Origin: an uncultured Candidatus Saccharimonas sp.
GTDB taxonomy: Bacteria; Patescibacteriota; Saccharimonadia; Saccharimonadales; OMJO01
Direction of reading: 5' to 3'
DNA: 56,846 nt
Assembly: GCA_943353165.1 (NCBI GenBank)
Contig: CALRAM010000004.1
Location: 1 to 56,846 of the forward strand
A program made the translations under genes and the position numbers. Each line of letters starts with the position of its first letter. Within the stretch, counting starts at the first letter, position 1. Below the pieces are notes generated by a model, which made no database searches, was not told the DNA's origin, and saw nothing but the letters and a program-made list of their open reading frames with translations. Of this stretch, positions 17,562 through 27,122 are shown piece after piece.

Positions 17562-18629
17562 ATGAATGCGATCATAGACTTTATTCTGGCATTACTGGTT
17601 GTGATATCTGTCAGTTTACAAAAAACATATTCAGAAATTCCGGTCAAAGAAGTAAAAAGGCGCGCGAGAGCCGGCAACAAATTATACAAAAACATATACC
17701 GTGCAGCCAGTTATGGGCAGAGTTTGCGAGCGCTTTTGTGGCTCTTTACTGTAGCTTTTAGCGCTGTTTTCTTTGTTGTAGTTGGCCGTAACGCACCTAC
17801 TTGGTTTGCTTTTAGTGCTAGTGCATCACTGATTTGGGCGGCTTATGTTTGGCTACCAAACAGCCCAGTTTCTATCCTAAGTCAGCGGATTGCGGTTTGG
17901 TCTGCCCCAGCATTGGCTTTGCTTTTGAACCATATGCACCCTTTTCTGCATCGTATAAACAGTATTTTTCGGGGAAGTAATAGTATTCCGATACATACTG
18001 GCCTGTACGAAAAAGTTGACCTCATAAACCTACTGAAACAGCAACAAGCACAGACAGATAACAGGATAGATAGTGCTGAATTAGAAATAGCTATTAGCGC
18101 GCTGAATTTTGGGGAACAATTGGTCCGAAAACATCTGACTCCCCGGAGAATAGTCAAAACAATCAAACTAGACGAATCTGTTGGTCCGATTCTGATGGCA
18201 GAACTCCATGCTAGCGGACATTCCAGATTTCCAGTACACGACGGCAAAAAAGACAATATTGTTGGCACGCTGTATTTGCGAGATTTGGTCAGCGCGAAAG
18301 CTACTGGAACAGTAAAAGACATTATGAAAGCAAATATTAGTTATGTTCACGAGGAACAAAATCTATACGATGCCCTGCAGTCTATCATAAAAACCCACCA
18401 CCATTTGCTGGTTGTAGTAAATAGTTTCGAGGAATATGTAGGCATAATTACGCTAGAGGATATAATGGAACAAATAGTGGGCAAGCCTATAATAGACGAA
18501 TTTGACCAATACCAAGATCTGCGCGCAGTAGCTGCCAGGGCAGCAAAGCTAGACCTAGAAGAGCACCAAAAAACTTCGGCGGACGACCCAGAAGATGTTA
18601 CAATAACATCCGATGAAACAACTAAATAG
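17562..18629 (+). CDS. CNNM/DUF21 plus CBS-pair domain membrane protein (hemolysin/CorC-like)
   Basis: N-terminal TM region, then a CBS pair (TPRRIVKTIKLDESV...FPVHDGKKDNIVGTLYLRDL...GIITLEDIMEQIVG). The track ORF starts at 17517. Confidence 0.82.
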   Translation: MNAIIDFILALLVVISVSLQKTYSEIPVKEVKRRARAGNKLYKNIYRAASYGQSLRALLWLFTVAFSAVFFVVVGRNAPTWFAFSASASLIWAAYVWLPNSPVSILSQRIAVWSAPALALLLNHMHPFLHRINSIFRGSNSIPIHTGLYEKVDLINLLKQQQAQTDNRIDSAELEIAISALNFGEQLVRKHLTPRRIVKTIKLDESVGPILMAELHASGHSRFPVHDGKKDNIVGTLYLRDLVSAKATGTVKDIMKANISYVHEEQNLYDALQSIIKTHHHLLVVVNSFEEYVGIITLEDIMEQIVGKPIIDEFDQYQDLRAVAARAAKLDLEEHQKTSADDPEDVTITSDETTK

Positions 18630-18729
18630 CAGTTTTATGAATATAAGGGCTGGCGGCTAAAGGCGAAAACCATACTGGAAAAGCCCTTGATTTTAGCCCT
18701 ATAAACTATAATAAAAAAAGGTCATAAAG

Positions 18730-20052
18730 ATGAGAATAATTAGCGTAAATGTTCCCCAGCACATTGGCAAGGATATAAAAATCCAAGGCTGGCTACACAA
18801 AAAACGATTACTGGGGGGCATAACTTTCATAAATGTTCGCGATCGGGGCGGTATAACGCAGATAGTCGTAAAGAACAAAGAAGAAGTAGAAAAGCTCCGA
18901 GGTCTTCAGCTGGGGACTGTTTTGTTCGTGCAGGGAACTGTGGTCGCCGAACCCAGAGCGCCAGGAAGCGCCGAAATTCACGATGCTAAATTGACCGTAA
19001 TCGTGCCTGTTGTGGACGAACCACCGATAGAAATCGACAAACCCATCAGCCATAAAAGCGAGCACCTAGAAACACTGTTTGATAATCGGGCTATCAGTCT
19101 ACGGAATATTCAAGAACAAGCTATATTCAAGACAAAAGACGTAGTTTGTCAGATTGTCCGAAAGTATTTTTCTGCCAACGATTACACAGAAATTCATACG
19201 CCAAAACTACTAGCCGAAGCCACAGAAGGCGGGGCAGAGACATTTACCCTAGATTATTTTGGCAAACAAGCCACTCTGGCCCAAAGTGCTCAATTTTATA
19301 AGCAAATGATGGTTGGTGTCTTTGAGCGAGTTTTTGAGATTGGCTCTACTTATCGTGCAGAACCAAGCGCCACGACCCGTCATATTAGCGAGTTCATGAC
19401 GATAGATTGCGAAATCGGTTTTGTGGATTTTGAGGAGCTTCAAACCATATTGGCAGAGCTCATCACAGCTGTCGTCAACGAAACTTGGGAAAGTTGTCAG
19501 CCGTATTTCAAATCCTGGAATGTGCCAAAAGCCCAAATCCCTGAAAACACAGATGACATACCTCGTATAACCATAGCCGAAATTCACGACATGTATTTCA
19601 AGGCCACCAAAACAGATTATCGTGGAGAAGAAGACACCAGACCGGATGAAGAGCGGTGGATTTGTGAATGGGCCAAAAACAATAAAGGCAGCGACTTGGT
19701 TTTTGTTACAGGCTGGACGTCTGAGGGAAAAACATTCAAGTTTTACCATAAAGCCGACGAACAAAACTCGAAGGTAGCTCAGCGTGCAGACTTGTTGTTT
19801 CGTGGTGTAGAAATAGTAACGACTTCTATGCGCCAACACGAATATAAAAAGCTGATATCACAGCTAGAGGCTATGGGTGGAAACCCCGAAGCTGCCGGCT
19901 ACAGTGCATACCTGAGCGCTTTCAAATACGGAATGCCGCCACACGGTGGTTTTGGGTTGGGTCTAGAGCGACTGGTGGAAAAATTGTTCAAGCTAAACAA
20001 TGTCAAAGAAGCTTCATTGTTCCCTAGGGACATCAACAGGCTTGCTCCCTAA
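18730..20052 (+). CDS. aspS: class IIb aspartyl-tRNA synthetase, archaeal/short type (possibly non-discriminating; Asn specificity is not excluded)
   Basis: OB-fold N-terminus. Class II motifs FRAEPS..TRH and GMPPHGGFGLGLERLV. 440 aa. Confidence 0.85.
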   Translation: MRIISVNVPQHIGKDIKIQGWLHKKRLLGGITFINVRDRGGITQIVVKNKEEVEKLRGLQLGTVLFVQGTVVAEPRAPGSAEIHDAKLTVIVPVVDEPPIEIDKPISHKSEHLETLFDNRAISLRNIQEQAIFKTKDVVCQIVRKYFSANDYTEIHTPKLLAEATEGGAETFTLDYFGKQATLAQSAQFYKQMMVGVFERVFEIGSTYRAEPSATTRHISEFMTIDCEIGFVDFEELQTILAELITAVVNETWESCQPYFKSWNVPKAQIPENTDDIPRITIAEIHDMYFKATKTDYRGEEDTRPDEERWICEWAKNNKGSDLVFVTGWTSEGKTFKFYHKADEQNSKVAQRADLLFRGVEIVTTSMRQHEYKKLISQLEAMGGNPEAAGYSAYLSAFKYGMPPHGGFGLGLERLVEKLFKLNNVKEASLFPRDINRLAP

Positions 20053-20076
20053 AAAATACCTAAGCGAAGGCCAATA

Positions 20077-20403
20077 ATGACTCAAAAAGACAATCAGCTA
20101 GTAGTTCAGGGAATCAGCTCTGGAGAGGTAACCGCAGACCCGCAGAGCATAGGAGCTGGTGGAGCATTGCAAAATGCTGTCACTTCTCAGTTGAATACTG
20201 ATTATCGGGCTGATTTTTCTAATTTGTCTACAGGTAATGGGTTGATAATGACGTCTGGCTGTCAGACAGAATGTTCGCAGGTAGCAGGCACAAACAACGC
20301 GCTGGTTTCTAAGACAGATTTTTCTATGGACTGGGGATTTGGATTGTTGTTTGTTGGGGCAATACTTGTAATAGTTTTTGCCAAAAGAGTCCTGACTAAC
20401 TGA
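20077..20403 (+). CDS. hypothetical protein with a C-terminal TM anchor
   Basis: 108-aa ORF with a GAAGG RBS. C-terminal WGFGLLFVGAILVIVFA. Confidence 0.55.
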   Translation: MTQKDNQLVVQGISSGEVTADPQSIGAGGALQNAVTSQLNTDYRADFSNLSTGNGLIMTSGCQTECSQVAGTNNALVSKTDFSMDWGFGLLFVGAILVIVFAKRVLTN

Positions 20404-20453
20404 GTCAAATTATTTTGATTTTTGCACCGTAGAGTTTATGCTATAAATAGCCT

Positions 20454-22220
20454 ATGAATGAAGATTATAACCCCAAAGAAAGTCCAACAAAAATACAAAA
20501 ACCATCTAGTTATTTAGACGAAGATAAAGATATAGATCTAAAAACAGACCAGATGGTTGACGATATTGTAGCCAAAGAAGGCGACGACTTATTGGTCGCC
20601 GAAGACGAACGGGTTACCAAGGCTTTTAGTCCAGAAAAAGCCGACTGGAAGCAAAAAATAAAAGATTTTTTCAGACGCTGGTGGCAAAACCCTGTCGCTA
20701 AAAAATTTACAATTGCTGGCGCTGCATTAGTGTTCGTATTATTGTTTGTGATTCCGTTTACTAGGTATTTCATACTAAATACTATCGGCATACGCAGTAG
20801 TTCCACTCTGCGTATTTTGGACGACAGCACACAGCAGCCTTTAAATAATGTGTCGGTTAATTTGCGCGGCAAGTCTGCCCAAACAGACAAAGAAGGCAAG
20901 GTTACTCTAAAGAACCTAAAACTAGGTAGCACCACTATGGTAGTAGAAAAACGAGGCTTTGCTAAAATTTCTAAGAAGATTGTTTTGGGCTGGGGAAGTA
21001 ACCCTCAAGGTATTATAAAATTATCTCCCCAAGGTACACAATTCTCTTTTAGCATCACAGACTATCTGTCCTCAAAACCAATACCAAAGATAGAAGCCAC
21101 CAGTGGCGAAGCTAGCGCATTATCAGACGAAAAAGGAATCATAAAGCTAACACTAGAAAAACCCGAAGATACAGTTCAGGTCAGCATAAAGGCAGAAGGT
21201 TACCGCGAAGAAAAAATAACATTTAGTGGGCAAACAAAGGACGTTCAGAATGTCAAAATGGTGCCAGGTAGAAGCCATGCCTTTATCAGTAAACGCTCTG
21301 GCAAATACGACCTCTACAAGATAGACATAGATGGCAAAAACGAGCAAATAGTTATGGCGGGCACCGGTTCAGAGCGTAGCGACATAGACTTGGTGATGCA
21401 TCCCTCGGATAATCTGACAGCAGTTGTTTCTACCAGAGACAAAGTCTACAACAACGACGGCTATCTGATGAGCACGCTAACTATAATTGACCTGACGAAC
21501 TCCACGACTACAAAAGTAGATGCATCAGAACGTATACAGATAGTAAATTGGACAGGCAATCGGCTGATATACGTAAAGGTTGTCGCCGGAGCTAGTGCTG
21601 CAAATGCGGCACGCAACCGCCTGATTAGCTATGACTACAAAACAAAGGCCAGCATAGATATAGCCAGCGCCAATTATTTTAACGACATACAGGTCATAGG
21701 CGGTAAAGTTTACTACGCAGCGGCTGCATCATATCTACCCGGAAGTAGTCTGGGACTTTATCGAGTAGATGGCGACGGCTCAAATAAAAAGACAATACTA
21801 CAGCAAGAAGTAAACAACTTGTTTAGGTCAGAGTATAAGAAACTAGACATAGCCGAAGGCGCGCAATGGTTTAGCTATAACATTCCTAACAGTTCAGTGA
21901 CAAAATTGGCAGGCGCACCCTCTAATCCTGAAAACCGCGTCTATATGGACAGTCCTGATCAAAAACACAGTATTTGGGTAGACAAAAGAGACGGAAAAGG
22001 AGTATTGATAAATCTGGATATTGATGCCGCCAAAGAGTCAGTACTAAAAAACCAAAACGGTATAAAAAACCCGGTATATTGGCTAAACAACAACACATTG
22101 GTTTATAGATACAACAACGGCCAGGAGACCGCCGACTATGCCATAAGTATAGACGGGGGCGAATCAAAGAAGATAAAAGACTCTACAGATACCGGAGGCA
22201 TAGACAAGTGGTACTATTAA
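20454..22220 (+). CDS. membrane-anchored surface protein with two carboxypeptidase-regulatory-like beta-sandwich domains and a TolB/PD40-like beta-propeller region
   Basis: 588 aa with a TM helix at about residues 85-105. Patterns such as RILDDSTQQPLNNVSVNLRGKSAQTDKEGKVTL, DLYKIDIDGKNEQ and LYRVDGDGSNKK. Confidence 0.7.
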   Translation: MNEDYNPKESPTKIQKPSSYLDEDKDIDLKTDQMVDDIVAKEGDDLLVAEDERVTKAFSPEKADWKQKIKDFFRRWWQNPVAKKFTIAGAALVFVLLFVIPFTRYFILNTIGIRSSSTLRILDDSTQQPLNNVSVNLRGKSAQTDKEGKVTLKNLKLGSTTMVVEKRGFAKISKKIVLGWGSNPQGIIKLSPQGTQFSFSITDYLSSKPIPKIEATSGEASALSDEKGIIKLTLEKPEDTVQVSIKAEGYREEKITFSGQTKDVQNVKMVPGRSHAFISKRSGKYDLYKIDIDGKNEQIVMAGTGSERSDIDLVMHPSDNLTAVVSTRDKVYNNDGYLMSTLTIIDLTNSTTTKVDASERIQIVNWTGNRLIYVKVVAGASAANAARNRLISYDYKTKASIDIASANYFNDIQVIGGKVYYAAAASYLPGSSLGLYRVDGDGSNKKTILQQEVNNLFRSEYKKLDIAEGAQWFSYNIPNSSVTKLAGAPSNPENRVYMDSPDQKHSIWVDKRDGKGVLINLDIDAAKESVLKNQNGIKNPVYWLNNNTLVYRYNNGQETADYAISIDGGESKKIKDSTDTGGIDKWYY

Positions 22221-22305
22221 CAGCTGAGAAAAAATTTTAAAACTAAATATTTTTTCTAGAATATACAGCTTATGCTAGAATTAATATCAGAGGAGATAAA
22301 TTAAT

Positions 22306-23016
22306 ATGATAAAAAGAATAAGATTTATAATAAGTATGATTTTCGTGGTGCCAATTGTGGCACTAACAAGTAACGCGCTGGTTAGTGCCAGACAGGGCGA
22401 TAGTGGTTCTGAAGCTGTATCTAATACAACTGCCGTAGTAGCATCACCTGATAACGAAACAGAAACAGAAATAGTCAAACCAGATGACGTAGACTTGCTT
22501 CGTCGCCTTACGGATAGAAAAACTAGCCTAAAGACAAAACTTACCACAGCAGAACAATCCAGGCTAAAACTAAAGTGCGTGCCTTCCCAGACAGGATCAA
22601 TAAAATCGCTCTCTGGTCGCATTAAAGGTATAGAGACTAGTCGAAGACAAACACACAAAAACCTGCTCGATAGATTAGATAAACTAGTCGAAAAGCTAAA
22701 AGTCAAAAACGTAGATACTACCGAACTAGAAGCAGAGATAGTGGTACTAAAAACCAAAATAGCAACCTTTGATGCTGATTTGGTGTTATACAAACAAGCA
22801 ATTACGGACTTAAAGAGTATGGACTGTGTAGCTGACCCAGTATCTTTCAAGGCATCATTGGAAACTGCTAGGACCCTAAAGCAAACCGTTGCCACAGATA
22901 GTGAGTCTATAAAAAGCTACGTAAACGATACCATCAAACCAACCCTGAAAATCATCCGGACTGCACTAGAAACAGCCGAAAAAGTTGAAACTAACAAAAC
23001 AGATGGGACTCAATAA
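22306..23016 (+). CDS. secreted coiled-coil protein (hypothetical)
   Basis: 236 aa with a signal-like N-terminus (RFIISMIFVVPIVALTSNALVSA), GAGGAG RBS, and heptad-rich sequence. Confidence 0.65.
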   Translation: MIKRIRFIISMIFVVPIVALTSNALVSARQGDSGSEAVSNTTAVVASPDNETETEIVKPDDVDLLRRLTDRKTSLKTKLTTAEQSRLKLKCVPSQTGSIKSLSGRIKGIETSRRQTHKNLLDRLDKLVEKLKVKNVDTTELEAEIVVLKTKIATFDADLVLYKQAITDLKSMDCVADPVSFKASLETARTLKQTVATDSESIKSYVNDTIKPTLKIIRTALETAEKVETNKTDGTQ

Positions 23017-23018
23017 TA

Positions 23019-23576
23019 ATGGATACTTCAAACGAACCAAAACCAACAGAGCCAGCAATGACAGCTACCACTCCAATCGTCAATGTCGGTGTACCTTCGC
23101 CTACAGATGTTACTATGGGACCTAATTTTTCGGCTAGTGGCGATGTAACTATGCCTAGCCCCAGCCAGACTATTTCGCCAGAAGGACCCGCAGCCGCACC
23201 TGTGATGCCACCATCAGAGGGACCAGAAGCTCCTGCGATGCCTGCAACCGCCGCGCCAGGTCAAGGTGCTCCGACAGTTCATAACCCAATGGCAGCCCAG
23301 CCACAAGGCGTAGGAGCTCCTAAAAAGAAAAAACCAATCTTGGTCATAATAGTAGCCATTTTGATTGCTCTAATTTTAGCGGGAGTGGCACTTTTAGCTA
23401 TGAACAATTCCGAAAAGAAAACAACTACAGTACCTGTAGTTGGGGTTGTAATAGTCGGCGCTACTTCCACGGACGTGACTGATGCTACCAAAGAACTAGA
23501 CGCCGCAGTGGCGTCAGCCAATGACTCCGTAGATTTTGGCATCTCTGATCTTTCAGATACTGCCCTCGGCCTATAA
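23019..23576 (+). CDS. Pro/Ala-rich single-pass membrane protein (hypothetical)
   Basis: 185 aa. P/A-rich N-terminal half, then KKKKPILVIIVAILIALILAGVALLA TM helix. Confidence 0.6.
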   Translation: MDTSNEPKPTEPAMTATTPIVNVGVPSPTDVTMGPNFSASGDVTMPSPSQTISPEGPAAAPVMPPSEGPEAPAMPATAAPGQGAPTVHNPMAAQPQGVGAPKKKKPILVIIVAILIALILAGVALLAMNNSEKKTTTVPVVGVVIVGATSTDVTDATKELDAAVASANDSVDFGISDLSDTALGL

Positions 23577-23612
23577 TATTATAGAAATTGCACCTAAGTC
23601 AGTTGCTACGTA

Positions 23613-24902
23613 CTAGTTGATCAGAAATTGTTGGCGTAGCCATTCATCGAGGGAACCGCTACCCCCAGCCGTCAGACAAAGAACGGTAACACCTGAATCA
23701 GCTTGGGCTTTTATGGCATTTTTTAGATTTTCGTCTAGTTGACTGGGAGTTCCCTGACCCGGTACACTTAACAAGTTAACTATATCTTGGGGCGTCAATA
23801 TGGCTTGCTTTGGGTCTTCACGCGCCAGATAGGTCGGTACTACATATACTTTCTTTGCACCATCAAACAAATGTCGGAGATCTTCTTTTATAAAATTTTG
23901 GCGCAGATTGTGTAGACCTTCGTATACCACAACAAAATTATTGCCTGCAATTTCGGATACTAGCTGCAATGCTCCACGAATCTTTTCAGGTGTGTGAGCG
24001 TAGTCGGTGTACACATTTGCGGCTATTTGTTCGAAACGCCTCGATATGCCCGGAAAAACATCCATATAATCGATTAGTTCATCAATAGGCTCGGCTGTAA
24101 TGGCATGAACCGCCTGTATGACTTGCCATGCGTTCTGGCGATTGACCACTCCGGGCAAAATAATGCTTTCTATAGACGGGTCAGTTTTTTCTAATACCAG
24201 GAATTTTTCGGCTGCTACCAGCTTTATTTTATCAAAGTCTGGTTGCCAAAAAATAGTCCACTTCGTTTGTTCTATAAACTGCCCAAAAGCTGATTCGTAT
24301 TCTTGTCTGGTGGGGTAAATGTCCGGGTGGTCCCAATCTATGCCAGTAATTATGCTCATAAATGGATGAAAAGCTAAAAAGTTTCGGTCATATTCATCGG
24401 CTTCGTAGATAAAGAATTTGGAGTCGGCTCTGTATTCGCCCATTTCGCCAAAACCAAGCTTTGTTCCTACAGAGTAGCTGATTGGTTTGCCTATTTGCTT
24501 GAATAGCCATACCAACATCGCAGTAGTGGTGGTTTTGCCATGAGTTCCAGCAACGGCTATCATCTTTAGGTGTTTGTCCGCCATTATCTGGTTTATGATC
24601 TCGTCGCGTTTGGTGATTTTGATATTGTGGGATTTGCAGAAAACTATTTCTGGTGCGTCGGGGTTTTCTATGGTTAGGGCAGAGGTGTGGACAAACCAGT
24701 CTATGGGTTTCAGGGTGTGCAGTTTCTCTATGGACTGGGCGTCTTGGCCGATTGATATCCTGTCTATGCCATGGGCTTGTAGGTATCGTACATAGCCAGA
24801 ATCTTTGATGTCCGACCCAGAAACTTCATAGCCTGCTTCTTTGGCTATTAGGGCTAATGGTCCTATGCCGGTGCCTCCTATGCCAGAAAAATATATATGC
24901 AT
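23613..24902 (-). CDS. murC: UDP-N-acetylmuramate--L-alanine ligase (Mur ligase family)
   Basis: MHIYFSGIGGTGIGPLALIAKEAGYEVSGSD Rossmann N-terminus and AVAGTHGKTTTTAML P-loop. The track ORF (to 24998) carries a 32-aa hydrophobic extension judged spurious. Confidence 0.85.
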   Translation of the reverse strand: MHIYFSGIGGTGIGPLALIAKEAGYEVSGSDIKDSGYVRYLQAHGIDRISIGQDAQSIEKLHTLKPIDWFVHTSALTIENPDAPEIVFCKSHNIKITKRDEIINQIMADKHLKMIAVAGTHGKTTTTAMLVWLFKQIGKPISYSVGTKLGFGEMGEYRADSKFFIYEADEYDRNFLAFHPFMSIITGIDWDHPDIYPTRQEYESAFGQFIEQTKWTIFWQPDFDKIKLVAAEKFLVLEKTDPSIESIILPGVVNRQNAWQVIQAVHAITAEPIDELIDYMDVFPGISRRFEQIAANVYTDYAHTPEKIRGALQLVSEIAGNNFVVVYEGLHNLRQNFIKEDLRHLFDGAKKVYVVPTYLAREDPKQAILTPQDIVNLLSVPGQGTPSQLDENLKNAIKAQADSGVTVLCLTAGGSGSLDEWLRQQFLIN

Positions 24903-24964
24903 AACGACTATTATAATGATAAAAAGCAAAAGTCTATAACAACTGACGTATAATCTTAAGCATA

Positions 24965-25468
24965 ATGAGCAAAAAGCCCACAATAAGTTTTTGGACAAAA
25001 ATTAGAGAGCTGAGTTCTTGGTATTTTGTCTTTGGTTTAATAATCAGTTTGACCGTGCTGGTGTTCGGTCTGAGGCACAACAATACTGTGGCACTAAAAC
25101 TCAAAGAAGATGTTGTTCTGGCAGACAAACAGGACAAAGACATAGAGGGCGCTCTGTTAAGGCTGAGAACCTATGTATATGGCCATATGAACACCAACCT
25201 TGCAGACGGTTCAAATGCTATAAAACCACCCATTCAGCTAAAGTACGAATACGAAAGGTTGCTGGCAGCTCAGAGTGCTGTCGCTGCAAAAGGGCAGCTT
25301 CCACAACAAATACCTGACTCGCTGTACAAGTTCGATTTTGTTTCTCCGATTTGGAGTCCAGATGTAGCCGGTTGGAGTATGTTATTGTCTATAGTTTTTG
25401 GTCTGTTGTTGGCCAGCAGGTTGATCCTGGAGTATTGGTTGGGTCAAAACATCAGGCGCAGCCAATAG
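24965..25468 (+). CDS. hypothetical 2-TM membrane protein
   Basis: 167-aa ORF with a TATAAT box 10 nt upstream of the ATG. TM helices near both ends. Confidence 0.6.
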   Translation: MSKKPTISFWTKIRELSSWYFVFGLIISLTVLVFGLRHNNTVALKLKEDVVLADKQDKDIEGALLRLRTYVYGHMNTNLADGSNAIKPPIQLKYEYERLLAAQSAVAAKGQLPQQIPDSLYKFDFVSPIWSPDVAGWSMLLSIVFGLLLASRLILEYWLGQNIRRSQ

Positions 25469-25584
25469 CCAGCTGGCTTATTAGTACTAATAAGCTGATA
25501 TGTGGCTACGCAGTTCGAGGTGGTGTGGCCTATGTTTAAGCAGAAATGGTTATTGCCTGAACACACCAGTTTAGTGTCTAGAGT

Positions 25585-26199
25585 CTATTGTTTCTTGGTT
25601 GTTACAGGAGCAGGGGTAGTGGTAGGAGTGGCCGCTGTCGGAGTACTACACTTTTGACCTGTTGGATTGGCAGCCACGTATTTCTTTATGGCTCCCGGCA
25701 CAGTGTTTTCGTTGCTTTCGTCTTGGAGATTTTCCCAAAAGATTATTTGGTCGCGGTTGATTTGCATCTCGTTCTGGGGACGGTGCAGCTCGCAACCTAG
25801 TGGCACTAGTTCGGGTGCAGAAGCAGCAGCGTTATCTGTACCGTTTGGTTGTACTTGGGGACTGGTTCGCAAATAAAAGATACTAGATAGGCGCATGTAT
25901 TTGCCGTTCATGCTATCAACACGACCAAAGTACACCTGACCGCCTGTCAAGAATATTGCTTGGTAGCGGTCTTTTTTGACTAGTTCGCTTTCGGTCTTTT
26001 TTGGACCAAAAACAGTGCCAATTATGATAGAAACTATCAGGATAGCTCCGGAAACCAACAGAACAGTGTACAGTAATTTTATCCAATGCGGTTGATTGAA
26101 ACGTTTGCCCTTTTTGTTGGCAGGTAATCCATGCGACGTCGGTCCAACGTTTTGGTTACTTGTTTGATTTTGCCCCGCACTCTTGTTTGTCCAGTCCAT
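25585..26199 (-). CDS. hypothetical membrane-anchored protein
   Basis: 204 aa with a strong RBS (AAGGTGGAG). One TM helix (LLYTVLLVSGAILIVSIIIGTVF) and a Thr/Pro-rich C-tail. Confidence 0.68.
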   Translation of the reverse strand: MDWTNKSAGQNQTSNQNVGPTSHGLPANKKGKRFNQPHWIKLLYTVLLVSGAILIVSIIIGTVFGPKKTESELVKKDRYQAIFLTGGQVYFGRVDSMNGKYMRLSSIFYLRTSPQVQPNGTDNAAASAPELVPLGCELHRPQNEMQINRDQIIFWENLQDESNENTVPGAIKKYVAANPTGQKCSTPTAATPTTTPAPVTTKKQ

Positions 26200-26397
26200 A
26201 TAAAAACTCCACCTTTATTTAAATATCAATGCCCCTAGTTTATACATAAGCACAGTATAGCGCAAGTGTTTAGGACAAAAATTATTATTATATGTTGGGT
26301 TAAAAAACCAAAAATTATTCTATAGGGGTTGACAACTTAAAACAGTTGAGTGTATGTTAGGAGTACATAACTAATTACAAGAGGGAGATTGTACGAT

Positions 26398-26595
26398 ATG
26401 GCATTTACAAAAGTAAACTCAAAAGGTGTGGAATACCACCTAAATTCAAAGCTAGTAACGCTACGAGGCGGAAAACAGCAAACTATTTATTACTTCAGCA
26501 AGGATCACCGCCCAGAGGCATCTGACCTACCAGCTGGTATGAGCGTCAACGAGAACCCACGAAACGGTTTCTTGACTGTCAAACGCGACCGATAG
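26398..26595 (+). CDS. small hypothetical protein (65 aa)
   Basis: GAGGGAG RBS 10 nt upstream of the ATG at 26398. A TTGACA...TATGTT promoter-like sequence is upstream, and a strong terminator follows immediately. Confidence 0.65.
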   Translation: MAFTKVNSKGVEYHLNSKLVTLRGGKQQTIYYFSKDHRPEASDLPAGMSVNENPRNGFLTVKRDR

Positions 26596-26619
26596 TATTC
26601 TGTAAAATTACAGATAGAA

Positions 26620-26655
26620 GCACTCGTCCTTTTTAGGACGAGTGCTATTTATATT
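26620..26655 (+). terminator. intrinsic terminator
   Basis: GCACTCGTCC-ttttta-GGACGAGTGC, a 10-bp perfect stem followed by a T-rich tract. Confidence 0.85.
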
Positions 26656-26706
26656 ACAGGCAATTGATACGTTGCACTATAACCACAAGTGTGATATAGT
26701 ATCAGC

Positions 26707-27087
26707 ATGAACGAACAATCTCCCTACGATCCTCGTAAAGACGAACTGATGGACGTGCATTATTCAAATATCAGAGACAACCAGATAGGTGGCGATACAG
26801 ATGGTATTAGCCCTGAGCAAGCCGAAGATATCGGTTACAAAAGCGCCGAAAATACGGCTGATATTATACAAAATTTACCACCAAATACACCTACATTTAC
26901 AAAAAAAAATAAAAACCCAAGAAACACAAATCCTTTACGTGGCGAGTCCGAAGCCGATACAGAAAAACCGATTTATTTTGAACCACCAGTAATGCTGAAC
27001 CCAGAGGAAAAACATACTGGCCAGCAAGGTGTTGAAATGGCCAGAAAAGTGCTTAAGGACATTAACCCAGACAATTCGGGTAGCTAG
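26707..27087 (+). CDS. hypothetical acidic, low-complexity protein
   Basis: 126-aa ORF. A TGTGATATAGT -10-like box ends 6 nt before the ATG, so the mRNA may be leaderless. Confidence 0.5.
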   Translation: MNEQSPYDPRKDELMDVHYSNIRDNQIGGDTDGISPEQAEDIGYKSAENTADIIQNLPPNTPTFTKKNKNPRNTNPLRGESEADTEKPIYFEPPVMLNPEEKHTGQQGVEMARKVLKDINPDNSGS

Positions 27088-27122
27088 CTATAGTTTAAAG
27101 GCATTGAAGCAAGGAGAATAAA

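Noticed and set aside
18630-18729. T-box leader upstream of aspS
   Set aside because: Only ~100 nt are available, with no T-box sequence (AAnnnGGGTGGTACCGCG-like) and no specifier/antiterminator architecture. There is just a loose long-range hairpin and a TATAAT box.
24903-24998. N-terminal extensions in ORF-track calls: murC +32 aa, bcp +16 aa, gmk-like +13 aa, ftsB-like +18 aa, pup +19 aa, DsbA-like +14 aa, CNNM +15 aa, comEC +15 aa
   Set aside because: Conserved family N-termini and RBS-like sequences point to internal Met starts. The extensions overlap promoters, terminators or neighbouring genes.
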